From IMG/VR virus record IMGVR_UViG_3300032103_000073: DNA of 64,000 bases; one strand, given 5' to 3'. The notes below the pieces were generated by a model. The model did not search any database. It was not told the DNA's origin and worked only from the letters and a program-made list of their open reading frames with translations. The DNA comes from a virus (lineage: Duplodnaviria > Heunggongvirae > Uroviricota > Caudoviricetes). The translations under genes and the position numbers were made by a program. Below are positions 20,045-29,626 of this stretch, one piece after another (the first letter of the stretch is position 1; the number at the start of each line of letters is the position of its first letter).

Positions 20045-20610
20045 TCAGTACAGACGTTGACATTGACTTTGCTAACAGAGAACAAGCGCTGGCATTTGTT
20101 GAGCATACTGTTGCAATGATCCGAGATGGCAACAAAGAAAAAAAGCACAATACTGGTGTTTACTTTCATAATGCTCCAGTGAATCCTTTTACTGGCCTTG
20201 CAACATTGGATTATAAACAAGCAGAATCTCAAGGTTGGTTTAAGATTGACCTGCTAAACGTGGGAATTTATGCAGAGTTTGCTAGCAATGAAGAAATAGA
20301 TAATTTACTAGCTAAAGAACCGGTTTGGGAATTACTAGAACATAAAGAAATTATAGAGCAGTTGTTTCACATACACAATCACGCAGACACTGTGATTAGG
20401 ATGAAGCCTAGAACAATCGAACAGCTGGCTATGGTGTTAGCTGCAATACGTCCCGGCAAAAAACATTTAATTGGGCGTAGTTGGAACGAAATTGAACAGG
20501 AAGTTTGGACTAAAACAGATGATGTTTATAGTTTTAAAAAAAGCCATAGTCTTGGTTACGCAATGGCGATTGTAGTGCAGATGAATAAGTTGGCTTATGG
20601 TAGCTTTTGA
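20041..20610 (+). CDS. miniature DNA polymerase III alpha (DnaE)-like protein
   Basis: TDVDIDF, KHNTGVY, FKIDLL, LAAIRPG, YSFKKSH.LGYA appear in the order of C-family polymerase motifs in only 189 aa. Confidence 0.75.
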   Translation: MISTDVDIDFANREQALAFVEHTVAMIRDGNKEKKHNTGVYFHNAPVNPFTGLATLDYKQAESQGWFKIDLLNVGIYAEFASNEEIDNLLAKEPVWELLEHKEIIEQLFHIHNHADTVIRMKPRTIEQLAMVLAAIRPGKKHLIGRSWNEIEQEVWTKTDDVYSFKKSHSLGYAMAIVVQMNKLAYGSF

Positions 20611-20966
20611 ACTAGTTGTATTTGTCTGCGTTTAATTCGTCTGGTTATGATGTTTTGCAAGCTAACAGGTTCACCTTGTACAATCTCGAAATCTTTAATA
20701 TTGTATGTTCGCAAGCAGTAGCTTAACTTTTTAAATTTTGGTCCTATAACCAAATTAATCGGCAGCAGGCGATTACTTCCCCACCACCATTCTTCTCCAA
20801 ACTCTAAAAATTCCTGCTTGTCATCTGTGCATTTAAGCACGTTGTAGACATATATGCTGGCGATTGTTTGCGTATAATTTTGAATTATACCTATTAATTC
20901 CTCATCGCCTATCTTACATAAACTTAAAAAGGGAAATTTCTCTAATATTTCACTATGATTTGCCAT
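20595..20966 (-). CDS. hypothetical protein
   Basis: ATG-initiated ORF filling the gap, divergent from 21007. Confidence 0.6.
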   Translation of the reverse strand: MANHSEILEKFPFLSLCKIGDEELIGIIQNYTQTIASIYVYNVLKCTDDKQEFLEFGEEWWWGSNRLLPINLVIGPKFKKLSYCLRTYNIKDFEIVQGEPVSLQNIITRRIKRRQIQLVQKLP

Positions 20967-21006
20967 TCGATATTATTTATAACCAAAATCAAATATAAAT
21001 ATAACT

Positions 21007-21792
21007 ATGAGCGATACGACAACCTTTCTAACTTACCCCGATAGAAGTATTCTTATATACGCGGAGGGCTATAGCAGGACTAAAAATATGCCATTTAATA
21101 CTACACGAAAAACAATTTATAAAGGCGTAGATAGCGTCCTGAGCTTTGATATTAAAAATCAAGACCGTAAACCAGTTAATATACTAGATAAGGATGTGAT
21201 GGTCAATATCATGCAGGTTAGAACAGGGGAACTAGTAGTACAACGTAGAGCACAGAAAATACAAGCAGAAAACGGCTACTGCGAAGTGACAATCTTTGCC
21301 AGTGATATCGAACAACTAGCCCCGGGCTTTTATCAAATTAGTGCAGTGATATATGAAACAGACGGCATTGCCAGAAGTTTGTTCACTGATCACAATCGCC
21401 GGGCTACAATGGAATTGGAAATATGTGATGGCGCATATCCAAAATTCATTCCAAGTGTAGAAGTAGTATTTACTGAACAAGACGGTCAGTGGGTTAGTCA
21501 GCCACTTAGAGGTAATATGCAGTTTAACGATACTAGCTTATTGCACACTATACAGATCAAAGTCACTGGATTTACCGGATCGTTTAGAGCTATTGCTTGT
21601 TTAGAATATAGCGAAGCCCGTGATTCTTATTTCGTTTGCCGATTTTTAGACGGTAGTACTAGCATCAGGTTTGACAATGCAACAGACGTACAAGGCTGGA
21701 ATTTCGCAGTAGATGCTCGTTGGATAAGAATCATCTATACTCCTGATAGTTCGAACACTGGCACAGTTGACAAAGTACTTTACAGAAGTTAA
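21007..21792 (+). CDS. beta-rich hypothetical virion/baseplate protein
   Basis: Late motif TATAAATA upstream; Ig-like/beta-rich composition. Confidence 0.45.
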   Translation: MSDTTTFLTYPDRSILIYAEGYSRTKNMPFNTTRKTIYKGVDSVLSFDIKNQDRKPVNILDKDVMVNIMQVRTGELVVQRRAQKIQAENGYCEVTIFASDIEQLAPGFYQISAVIYETDGIARSLFTDHNRRATMELEICDGAYPKFIPSVEVVFTEQDGQWVSQPLRGNMQFNDTSLLHTIQIKVTGFTGSFRAIACLEYSEARDSYFVCRFLDGSTSIRFDNATDVQGWNFAVDARWIRIIYTPDSSNTGTVDKVLYRS

Positions 21793-21804
21793 AATACAAA
21801 GGCT

Positions 21805-22077
21805 ATGTCAGCCTTACTACAATTATTACAAACAAAACTACATACAACCATGCAACCTGGTAAATGGTTAACCATTTACTGTCACATGTGTCCGGGGTAT
21901 GGTACTAAGTCTTTTAAAAAGAAAAAGGCTGGAGTATCAGTAGATGATGCAGGCGTTTTTAGATATAATTGCTTCGAATGCAATTACAAAGCGAAATACG
22001 ATCCTTCGACAAAAATAAACAAAAAAGCTAAGGATGTATTATTACGACTAGGCTTTACAGAAGAACAACTTAAATGA
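21805..22077 (+). CDS. stand-alone primase-type zinc-binding domain protein
   Basis: W..I.CHMC...K.K.G...G..RYNCFEC.YKA colinear with the N-terminus of the adjacent primase. Confidence 0.7.
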   Translation: MSALLQLLQTKLHTTMQPGKWLTIYCHMCPGYGTKSFKKKKAGVSVDDAGVFRYNCFECNYKAKYDPSTKINKKAKDVLLRLGFTEEQLK

Positions 22078-23051
22078 CTATGTTTGCCTTACAAACATTA
22101 TTACGCAGCAGAATAACAGGCAAACCTAGTCCCAAGGGTTGGGTAAGTTTTAACTGCCCAATGTGTGCAGTCAATGGCCAAAGCAGAAACGATACTAAGC
22201 GCCGCGGAGGATTATTGTTTAATCCAGACGGCGCAGTTAGTTATCATTGTTTTAACTGCGATTACAAAACCAGCTGGAGTCCCGGGAGAACACTTAGCTT
22301 TAAAATGCGTAAGTTGTTGCGACAACTGGGTTTTGATGAAGCAGAAGTACAACGTTTGGGATTAGAACTTCTAAGTCAAGCAGACGTTGAAAATTTAATA
22401 CAACGTGAACCAGAGCCAGCTTGGACACCTACTTGGCCTGAATTTGATTTTGGCTTTGAAGTTAGGCAGTTGACTAGCCCTGATAAAATTGCCTATTTGC
22501 AAGACCGGGGTATTTACGAACTCGCAACATGGCTAGAAACAGATGAACGTTATGCAGGCCTGCATAAACGTGCGATATTGCCATTTACCTATGATAACAA
22601 AATTGTTGGATATCAAAGTAGGTATGTTGGCACAGTGCCGGAAAACCTTGCCAAGTATTATAAAAAGTCACCAGCTGACTATGTATTTGGATTAGACAGG
22701 CAACAGGAATCTAGGCAGTATGTTATAATAACAGAGGGAGAATTCGATGCCCTGCTAACTGGTGGATTGGCTTTAGGTAGCAATAATATAAGCAACCGCC
22801 AAGTACAGCTAATAGAAGATTTAAATATAGAACCGATACTGTTGCCGGATGCTGACAGATCGGGACGGGACTTAGTAGAGCGAGCTGCTGACTATGGGTG
22901 GAGTGCAAGTTTTCCCGAATGGGAGGGTTGTAAAGACATGACAGATGCGGTTAAGAAATATGGAAGACTTTTTGCAGTATACAGCATATTGCAAGCGGCG
23001 GAGCATAGTCCAACTAAGATAAGATTGTTAGGAAAGAAATATTGTCAATGA
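22074..23051 (+). CDS. 61: DNA primase (T4 gp61-like)
   Basis: CPMC...YHCFNC Zn domain; YLQDRG, YQSRY, ITEGEFDAL, PDAD...KD..D TOPRIM. Confidence 0.9.
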   Translation: MTMFALQTLLRSRITGKPSPKGWVSFNCPMCAVNGQSRNDTKRRGGLLFNPDGAVSYHCFNCDYKTSWSPGRTLSFKMRKLLRQLGFDEAEVQRLGLELLSQADVENLIQREPEPAWTPTWPEFDFGFEVRQLTSPDKIAYLQDRGIYELATWLETDERYAGLHKRAILPFTYDNKIVGYQSRYVGTVPENLAKYYKKSPADYVFGLDRQQESRQYVIITEGEFDALLTGGLALGSNNISNRQVQLIEDLNIEPILLPDADRSGRDLVERAADYGWSASFPEWEGCKDMTDAVKKYGRLFAVYSILQAAEHSPTKIRLLGKKYCQ

Positions 23052-24523
23052 GTGAAGAAATAAAAGAGTATAGTGCAGATTTACAAAAATTGTTTTTAGA
23101 GTTTTTAGTTAGCGATAGAGAACTATTAAGTCGTTGTCAAAACGTTTTAGATGATAGTCACTTTACTCGTAGCCTGCAGGAAACTGCAAAGTTTATCAAG
23201 GACTATGCTAACAAGTATAGCGATTGTCCTACGACAGAGCAAATAACAGCAGTTACTGGCACTGAGTTAAAAAAGGTACCTGGCGAAACAAGCAGTCATA
23301 AGGATTGGTTCTTAACAGAGTTTGAACAGTTTGCTAGACACAAGGCGCTGGAAAAAGCTATTCTCAAAAGTGCAGACTTATTAGATAAGCAACGCTATGG
23401 AGAAGTCGAACGCTTAATCAAAGAAGCCAGCAGTGTGGGTTTGCCAAAGAGTTTTGGTACAGACTACTACGCAGACCCTTATGCACGTTTGATGGATTTG
23501 AAAAACGCCAACGGTGGCACAAGTACTGGTTGGAAAAGTATCGACTATGCACTTTACGGTGGATTTAATAGAGGCGAGCTTAATATCTTTGCCGGAGGTT
23601 CGGGTGCAGGCAAGAGCTTGTTCTTGCAGAATCTAGCATTGAATTGGAGTCAACTAGGACTTAACGGCGTTTACTTTAGTCTCGAACTTGCAGAAGGGCT
23701 TTGTGCTAAACGTATGGATAGTATGGTAACTGGAGTCGAGTCTAAAGATATTTACAAAAACATCGACGAAGTTGTAATGAAAGTCGGCATGAAAGGCAAG
23801 AGCTCGGGCAAAATTCAAATCGTTCAGCTAACAGCAGGTGTAACTGTCAATGACTTGAAAAGCTGGTTAAAAGAATTTCAAATTCAGTCTGGTAAAAAAA
23901 TTGACTTTGTTATTGTAGACTACTTGGACTTGATGATGCCTGCTGGTCAAAAGATTAGTGTTGCTGACTTGTTTATTAAAGATAAGCTAGTATCTGAAGA
24001 ACTTAGAGCAATGGCGACACAAGGGCAGTACTTATTCTGTACAGCTAGCCAGTTGAACCGAGGTGCTGTGGAAAGTGTTGAGTTCGATCACAGTCACATT
24101 AGCGGCGGCTTATCAAAGATCCAAACTGCCGACAACGTGATTGGTATCTTTAACAGTATTACTATGCGCGAACGCCAGCGGGTCCAGGTCCAGTTTATGA
24201 AAACTCGTAGCTCTAGTGCAGTGGGTACTAAAGTAGAGTTATTCTTTGACACTGCAACTTTGCGTATCTCTGACTTAGATGAAGATTCCCCCGAAGCACC
24301 TACTACAGTTGATGTATTACACGATAAACTAAAGCGCAAGGCAGAAATGGAAAAGTCGGATAACTCAGGTCCATTGGATGTTAGTAAAGCACCATGGGCC
24401 AAGCCTACAGGCGGGACTCATGCATGGGATAAACCTGTACAAACAGGAGACAAAAAAGAGTCCACGATTAGAACCATGGACTCTCCGAATAGCAAACTTG
24501 CTAGTATTTTGAAAAAGGTTTAA
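23048..24523 (+). CDS. 41: replicative helicase (T4 gp41/DnaB-like)
   Basis: GGSGAGKS, FSLEL, IVDYLDL, TASQLNR, KTRSS. Confidence 0.92.
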   Translation: MSEEIKEYSADLQKLFLEFLVSDRELLSRCQNVLDDSHFTRSLQETAKFIKDYANKYSDCPTTEQITAVTGTELKKVPGETSSHKDWFLTEFEQFARHKALEKAILKSADLLDKQRYGEVERLIKEASSVGLPKSFGTDYYADPYARLMDLKNANGGTSTGWKSIDYALYGGFNRGELNIFAGGSGAGKSLFLQNLALNWSQLGLNGVYFSLELAEGLCAKRMDSMVTGVESKDIYKNIDEVVMKVGMKGKSSGKIQIVQLTAGVTVNDLKSWLKEFQIQSGKKIDFVIVDYLDLMMPAGQKISVADLFIKDKLVSEELRAMATQGQYLFCTASQLNRGAVESVEFDHSHISGGLSKIQTADNVIGIFNSITMRERQRVQVQFMKTRSSSAVGTKVELFFDTATLRISDLDEDSPEAPTTVDVLHDKLKRKAEMEKSDNSGPLDVSKAPWAKPTGGTHAWDKPVQTGDKKESTIRTMDSPNSKLASILKKV

Positions 24524-24993
24524 GCCTTTAAGTCTCTCATGCTAGCCGTAGGGGCTACTGGTGCAGCAGTGCTAGGTGCTCCTACTTCAGGTCCTGCTGG
24601 TGCAGCAGTGTTTGATGGGTTAGCAGCAGCTTGCTTATCTTTAGCTAGATCGCCTTTTAAACGCTGGAATAACGCATTGTCTTCTGCAACATAACTCAAT
24701 ACAGTTTCTAATAAATCCATAAGAGCTGTCATTTGTTGTAGGTTAGGACGACGGTTCATGTATAATGCACGAACACCTGCTCTTAACGCATTAAAATGAT
24801 CTTCTGCTACAGCATCCTTAATAGCGCTAAGACGCTGCATGGTTCTAGTGAAACTAGCGTTATCAATTTCGTTTCCGCCCACTTCCATACCAGGATCGTG
24901 ATGTGGTGTAGATTGATGGTCTTCGGGACCAGCTTCGGCGATACTGCGGAGCTTGTTCATAACCGCTCCCATATCAAATCTTGTACTTTGCAT
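24520..24993 (-). CDS. hypothetical protein
   Basis: Sole long ORF in the gap, convergent with helicase. Confidence 0.6.
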   Translation of the reverse strand: MQSTRFDMGAVMNKLRSIAEAGPEDHQSTPHHDPGMEVGGNEIDNASFTRTMQRLSAIKDAVAEDHFNALRAGVRALYMNRRPNLQQMTALMDLLETVLSYVAEDNALFQRLKGDLAKDKQAAANPSNTAAPAGPEVGAPSTAAPVAPTASMRDLKA

Positions 24994-25085
24994 AATTTGC
25001 TCCAATGTTAAAGTTATTTATCGTTTTTGATACTCTTTTAAATTATTTATATAAATATTTGTGTAAATAATTACAGGAGCAAACT

Positions 25086-25532
25086 ATGGAAGAGTGGAAA
25101 ACACTTAAAAGAATTCCGCATTATGAAATTAGCAATACTGGTAAAGTTAGGTCTACGAGATATAATAAAATAAAGATGTTAAAACAGTCGTGTACAGCTG
25201 GCGGGTATCTATTAGTCTGCTTATCAGACGGTAATAAAAAGTACACCAGTTATGTTCATAGATTGGTAGCAGAAGTTTTTTTACCCGAACCTGGTGTTGA
25301 TCAATTAGTAGTTAATCATAAGAATAAAATCAGACACGATAACGATGTAAAAAATTTAGAATGGGCAACAGTTAAGGAAAATATGATGCATGCCTTGGCA
25401 TTCGATTCTCACATTAAATTTCGAGACCTTGCTAATATTTGTTATAAAATGGATCTTGCTCAACTAGACGAAATGATTAGATTTGGTAATACGTTAATAA
25501 CAAATAGCGATAAATACCTTATAAGGAATTAG
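25086..25532 (+). mobile_element. NUMOD4-HNH homing endonuclease
   Basis: EEWK...YEISNTGKVRS (NUMOD4), VHRLVAEVF...VNHKN...N.V.NLEW (HNH_3); TATAAATA at 25050. Confidence 0.85.
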
Positions 25533-25535
25533 ACT

Positions 25536-25796
25536 GTGCGTAAGCAAACTAGATCACTTTTAGAAGAAATTACCAACATTGTGCCCCAGCGCGACAAGGA
25601 AAGTTTTGTTGAAAACAAAGCAGTAAATGTCATTGCCAGCACACGATATCTTGTAGAATACATACAAGAAAACTTTACCAAAGAGCAAAGTGACGATCTA
25701 CTCAAGAGATTGTTTAACAGCTTAAAAACAGGGGATGAAATGAAATTCCGTCGTGGTATAAAGCAAATTAAAGAAGCAAAACATGGAACAATTTGA
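25536..25796 (+). CDS. hypothetical late protein
   Basis: GTG start, SD AAGGA, GATAAATA upstream. Confidence 0.6.
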   Translation: MRKQTRSLLEEITNIVPQRDKESFVENKAVNVIASTRYLVEYIQENFTKEQSDDLLKRLFNSLKTGDEMKFRRGIKQIKEAKHGTI

Positions 25797-26547
25797 AGAC
25801 TCTGAAGCATGGGACTTGATGATTGAAAGTCGACAGTATAGAAATTTAGCCAGCATTCGCAGCTTAAATTTACGTAGTGTTAGTGACTTTGCCTTTTTAG
25901 ATTTGCTAACATTATTTGTTTTACACAATGAATACGAAACTGCGCCTATAGCTGCACGTTATGCTGACAAGACTATTAGCTTTAGAAACTTTGCAAAAGC
26001 AAGGTTGAGTGGAACTGATTTGTATGTAAGTTTGAATATTTTGAGTGATCCTGCTAGTGTATTTGCAAAAAAGATAGCGCAGAATCCAGAAGCAGATGCA
26101 ATTCTTCGTTCTAAAGTTTCTGTAAATTTGCCAACAGTTAAACGCTACTTAGAATTACTGGCAGACGGTGATTTAACAAGCACCGGCGCGGGAGTTTTAC
26201 TATTACGTTTAGAAAAGCAATTGAATATAACAGATAGTAAATTACGCAGTTTGCGCCGCCTAATTCAAGACTGGCAAGGCTTAAATACAATGCAGCGTAG
26301 TTTAGCTGTGACAAGAATGTTGCAGTTTTATAAGAGATTTGCTAAACGTAGCGAATTATCAGTCTTCTTAGAAGATCTAGGAAAGACAAAAGGTTATGAA
26401 CTTCGTGGTCCGATTGATGCTGAACTTGCAAATTTAGGTTTAGGTACAAGTAAGCCTGGATTTATATCAAGCGTTGCTCCGGCAGCAGCATTATTTGGCG
26501 GATATCACCTAGGTAAACGCCTATTTGGACCTAAAGAAGATAAATAA
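25783..26547 (+). CDS. hypothetical protein
   Basis: 254-aa ORF. Confidence 0.65.
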   Translation: MEQFEDSEAWDLMIESRQYRNLASIRSLNLRSVSDFAFLDLLTLFVLHNEYETAPIAARYADKTISFRNFAKARLSGTDLYVSLNILSDPASVFAKKIAQNPEADAILRSKVSVNLPTVKRYLELLADGDLTSTGAGVLLLRLEKQLNITDSKLRSLRRLIQDWQGLNTMQRSLAVTRMLQFYKRFAKRSELSVFLEDLGKTKGYELRGPIDAELANLGLGTSKPGFISSVAPAAALFGGYHLGKRLFGPKEDK

Positions 26548-26589
26548 AAGTAAGAAACAAACGTTTCGAAAGATCAAAGGAGTCATATT

Positions 26590-26901
26590 ATGGCAAGAGT
26601 AAATGGTGGCGTACGCCCAGGTGTTTTCGGAGCACCTACATTAGCATATTTTACAGTATCTACAGCAGTAGATCTAAGCGGTGATGTTGGTTTACCTAAC
26701 ACAGCGTTAGAAGCAGTTGTCCAAGTTGTCCAAACTAAAGCAACTACTTTCATTATCGGTGAAGTTGCCGCTGGTGGTTTCCGTGTTGCTTGCGAGCCAA
26801 GCGCATGGACAGCAGGTGATCTAGAAGCAGCTATCGTTGCTTTAGGTACTGTTAACGGCGACGACCTAAGTGGTACTGAAGTTGCTGATTTTGCATTCTA
26901 A
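26590..26901 (+). CDS. small virion-like protein
   Basis: SD AGGAG, late motif; shares YFT..T.VD.S with 26993. Confidence 0.55.
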   Translation: MARVNGGVRPGVFGAPTLAYFTVSTAVDLSGDVGLPNTALEAVVQVVQTKATTFIIGEVAAGGFRVACEPSAWTAGDLEAAIVALGTVNGDDLSGTEVADFAF

Positions 26902-26992
26902 TCAGTAAGCCCTAACACGGGATGGGAAGCCGCAGTGACATTTTGTCCTGCGGTTTTTCTTTTGATAATAAATACAACAAAGGAATTTAATT

Positions 26993-27436
26993 ATGCAAGC
27001 AACAGCAAGAACAGGTGAATACATCGGCGGTAATATAGAGTATTTTACTTGTTATACTCTAGTAGATATTTCTGACACAGGAGTATATGATCCAGCCGCC
27101 GGCACTAATTACGAACAAGCACAGAACCTAAATGCACTATTGCAAGCAATCAGTTTAGGTAGCCAGCCTATTTTAACCAGTGTAGAAAAACTAACAGCAG
27201 CAGATCTAGCCGACTTTGAATTTGGTACAGATTTTACTGGCAATCATAATCTTTGGATTTTACGTTTTGCTAGCGAGCGAGCAGGAACAATTACAGTTGA
27301 ATCTCTAGTTCGAGACATAGACGGATTACCTGTTTATGACGATCTAGAAGAAACAGCAACATTTGATACAACCGTTTTTGATACAGCAGCAGCTGATCAA
27401 CTAAACGTGTATTTTGTCCGCAACGACAACCTTTGA
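26993..27436 (+). CDS. small virion-like protein
   Basis: SD AAGGA, late motif; acidic. Confidence 0.55.
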   Translation: MQATARTGEYIGGNIEYFTCYTLVDISDTGVYDPAAGTNYEQAQNLNALLQAISLGSQPILTSVEKLTAADLADFEFGTDFTGNHNLWILRFASERAGTITVESLVRDIDGLPVYDDLEETATFDTTVFDTAAADQLNVYFVRNDNL

Positions 27437-27524
27437 TAAATACTACAAACTATTTTGGCTCACATTTTGGCACACAACAAGGCTCATATAAAAACAACAA
27501 CATTTATTAAAGGAGGAATTTGTT

Positions 27525-27824
27525 GTGTCTGATATTGTTCATGATATAGAAAAAACGAGCTTAGATGCTCATGTAACGTTATGCTCTGAAAGGTACCGTC
27601 GTTTGGAAGACAAATTTGATGTATTAGAAGTTCGTCTGGAAAAACTCAGCGAAGAAGTTGCTTCTATGAAAACTAAGCAACAAGAAGATATGGAAGAGAT
27701 TAAAGAGCTCATCCAAAAAGGAAGTGATAATAGATTTAAAGCTATAGTTGCTGGCAGTGCTACGATTGTTGCTGCTTTAATTAGCGCACTAGCTTATGTA
27801 ATTAGCCGCTTACCACTGCACTGA
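27525..27824 (+). CDS. coiled-coil protein with C-terminal TM helix (holin/XhlA-like)
   Basis: Heptad coil then AIVAGSATIVAALISALAYVI; SD AGGAGG. Confidence 0.45.
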   Translation: MSDIVHDIEKTSLDAHVTLCSERYRRLEDKFDVLEVRLEKLSEEVASMKTKQQEDMEEIKELIQKGSDNRFKAIVAGSATIVAALISALAYVISRLPLH

Positions 27825-27825
27825 T

Positions 27826-28125
27826 ATGACAGAAGAATTCGAAATCATAGGCGAAGAAACAGTTACCGAGGCCAAGCGTGTCTGGGCTAAACGCGGCAAA
27901 AAACTCAAGCGTATGATTCGATGCACTAGCGGTAAGAAAAAAGGTCGTACTGTTGCTAGCGTTGGTGCATGCAGCAAGGCAATCGACGTAAAGAAAAGAT
28001 TTAAAATGAAGCGAATTAGAAAACGCTTCAATGCTAAAATAGTTAGAAAAGCACGTAGAACAAAACAATTTAATCCGCTAAGTAAGAGATTAAAGACAAT
28101 GAATAAAACAGCAAACAAGAGGTAA
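27826..28125 (+). CDS. basic hypothetical protein
   Basis: Lys/Arg-rich ORF in the operon. Confidence 0.55.
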   Translation: MTEEFEIIGEETVTEAKRVWAKRGKKLKRMIRCTSGKKKGRTVASVGACSKAIDVKKRFKMKRIRKRFNAKIVRKARRTKQFNPLSKRLKTMNKTANKR

Positions 28126-28128
28126 TAT

Positions 28129-28563
28129 ATGGCAGACGATCGTAGTTTAAAAGATGTAATAAGATTTGTAGATCCTAGCGGGGATATGACAGATGCCGAT
28201 ATTGCAGCTATCAGTAGTAAATTAAAATTTACAGAGGTGTTGGATATTATCACTTATGTTGGTAAGGATGAGCTAAACAAGGCAAGAGATATACTCGGTA
28301 AGTATGATAGCCGTTTTGCAGCATCCCAAGAAGAATCTATTACAAACGAATACAGTAATGTTCCTACTGCAAATCGACCCTCTGGGTTTAAACCAATCAA
28401 ACCAATTGGTCCTACTCCTAGTATCGCAGGCAAGCCTACTAATCCCAACGGACAACAAGCCTCGGGCGAAGAAGATGCAGATGATTTATTAAACGATCCT
28501 GCAAATCAAAATCGTCCAGAAGTAAAACAAATACAAAGTTTATTGCAAAGGATGAAGCGATGA
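28129..28563 (+). CDS. hypothetical protein
   Basis: ORF with SD GAGG. Confidence 0.6.
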   Translation: MADDRSLKDVIRFVDPSGDMTDADIAAISSKLKFTEVLDIITYVGKDELNKARDILGKYDSRFAASQEESITNEYSNVPTANRPSGFKPIKPIGPTPSIAGKPTNPNGQQASGEEDADDLLNDPANQNRPEVKQIQSLLQRMKR

Positions 28564-28952
28564 GGGTTCGCGACATTGTGTCTGAATCATATCACGGATT
28601 TATCGGCAAGGCAAAAGACTTGGGAACTACTCGCGGAGAAATAGACCCAGCGTTGCCTAATGCCAGAATAGAACCGCAACTACGAAACACGGATACTTAC
28701 ATGCAATGTCGCTACGGGCAAGCATTAGCCGCAGCCGCAGCAATGCAAGATGAAAATTTCGAACAAGAATCTACTTGGGCCGAGAACTTTGGCATGATAG
28801 CGTATAGCGACGAAGAAGTAGAAATGATCAAACAAGCCGATAAGCTAATGGGCGTTAAAAGTATTGCATTAACTAAAAAGAGCCAAGAACGCAAAGACAT
28901 TGGCAGTAAGAGCCCTGTAGCCAGCACAGATTGGAGAAAGAGTTCCAAATGA
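28560..28952 (+). CDS. hypothetical protein
   Basis: ORF with ATGA coupling. Confidence 0.6.
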   Translation: MRVRDIVSESYHGFIGKAKDLGTTRGEIDPALPNARIEPQLRNTDTYMQCRYGQALAAAAAMQDENFEQESTWAENFGMIAYSDEEVEMIKQADKLMGVKSIALTKKSQERKDIGSKSPVASTDWRKSSK

Positions 28953-29164
28953 AAATAGCGGAACTATTTAACGGACTTCGTTATATGCTTACTCGTGAGC
29001 AAAAAGAAGTAGTTGATATAATCAAAGAACAGCCCAGCATCGCTCGCACTGAACTAAGCGAGCGACATCAACGCCTTGCAGAGCAAATGACAGGCTTGGG
29101 AATTATTGATAGAATTTACGATGAACAAACGCAAACAGTTGCCTACAAATTATTCGATAGGTAA
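28949..29164 (+). CDS. hypothetical protein (winged-helix-like)
   Basis: ORF with ATGA coupling. Confidence 0.5.
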   Translation: MKIAELFNGLRYMLTREQKEVVDIIKEQPSIARTELSERHQRLAEQMTGLGIIDRIYDEQTQTVAYKLFDR

Positions 29165-29603
29165 TGTAAATCCCGATAAGCTAACCAAAAAAGTAAGTGC
29201 ATTACTTGATAATGCTATACCAAAAACTATATTAGGTATGTTATCGTTAGCAGAAGATCGCGAAAATTGCTTGGTATTTTATAAACGCTGGGCATTGGTT
29301 ATCAATAACAAAAATGACTACAGCGTAGTAGATTTGATATCTAATGAACCAGTTTATACTAAAATTGCCTTACTTATAAGTGCTTTGCATATTGTTTTCC
29401 AACTAAACAAGCAGACAACGTGTAAAGATCTACAAATATATCGTGCTGACCAAGAATACTATCGCTGCTTGGAAAATATAAAATTCTATAAAGCAAAGCT
29501 GAATACTGCTGATCTAGACAAAAAGATATTGCTAGCAGCACGTTTGCAGGATAGCATCTTTCGATTAGAAGAAATTAAAACTCGATTATCTAAAACATAT
29601 TGA
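29121..29603 (+). CDS. hypothetical protein
   Basis: ORF; start uncertain. Confidence 0.55.
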   Translation: MNKRKQLPTNYSIGNVNPDKLTKKVSALLDNAIPKTILGMLSLAEDRENCLVFYKRWALVINNKNDYSVVDLISNEPVYTKIALLISALHIVFQLNKQTTCKDLQIYRADQEYYRCLENIKFYKAKLNTADLDKKILLAARLQDSIFRLEEIKTRLSKTY

Positions 29604-29626
29604 TAAATAAAATAAAGGATACTGTT

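Noticed and set aside
25530-25538. Read-through fusion of the NUMOD4-HNH (TAG) into the in-frame 25536 ORF
   Set aside because: The downstream gene has its own late motif, SD and GTG. The TAG lies in the SD spacer, so the in-frame relation may be chance (1 in 3).
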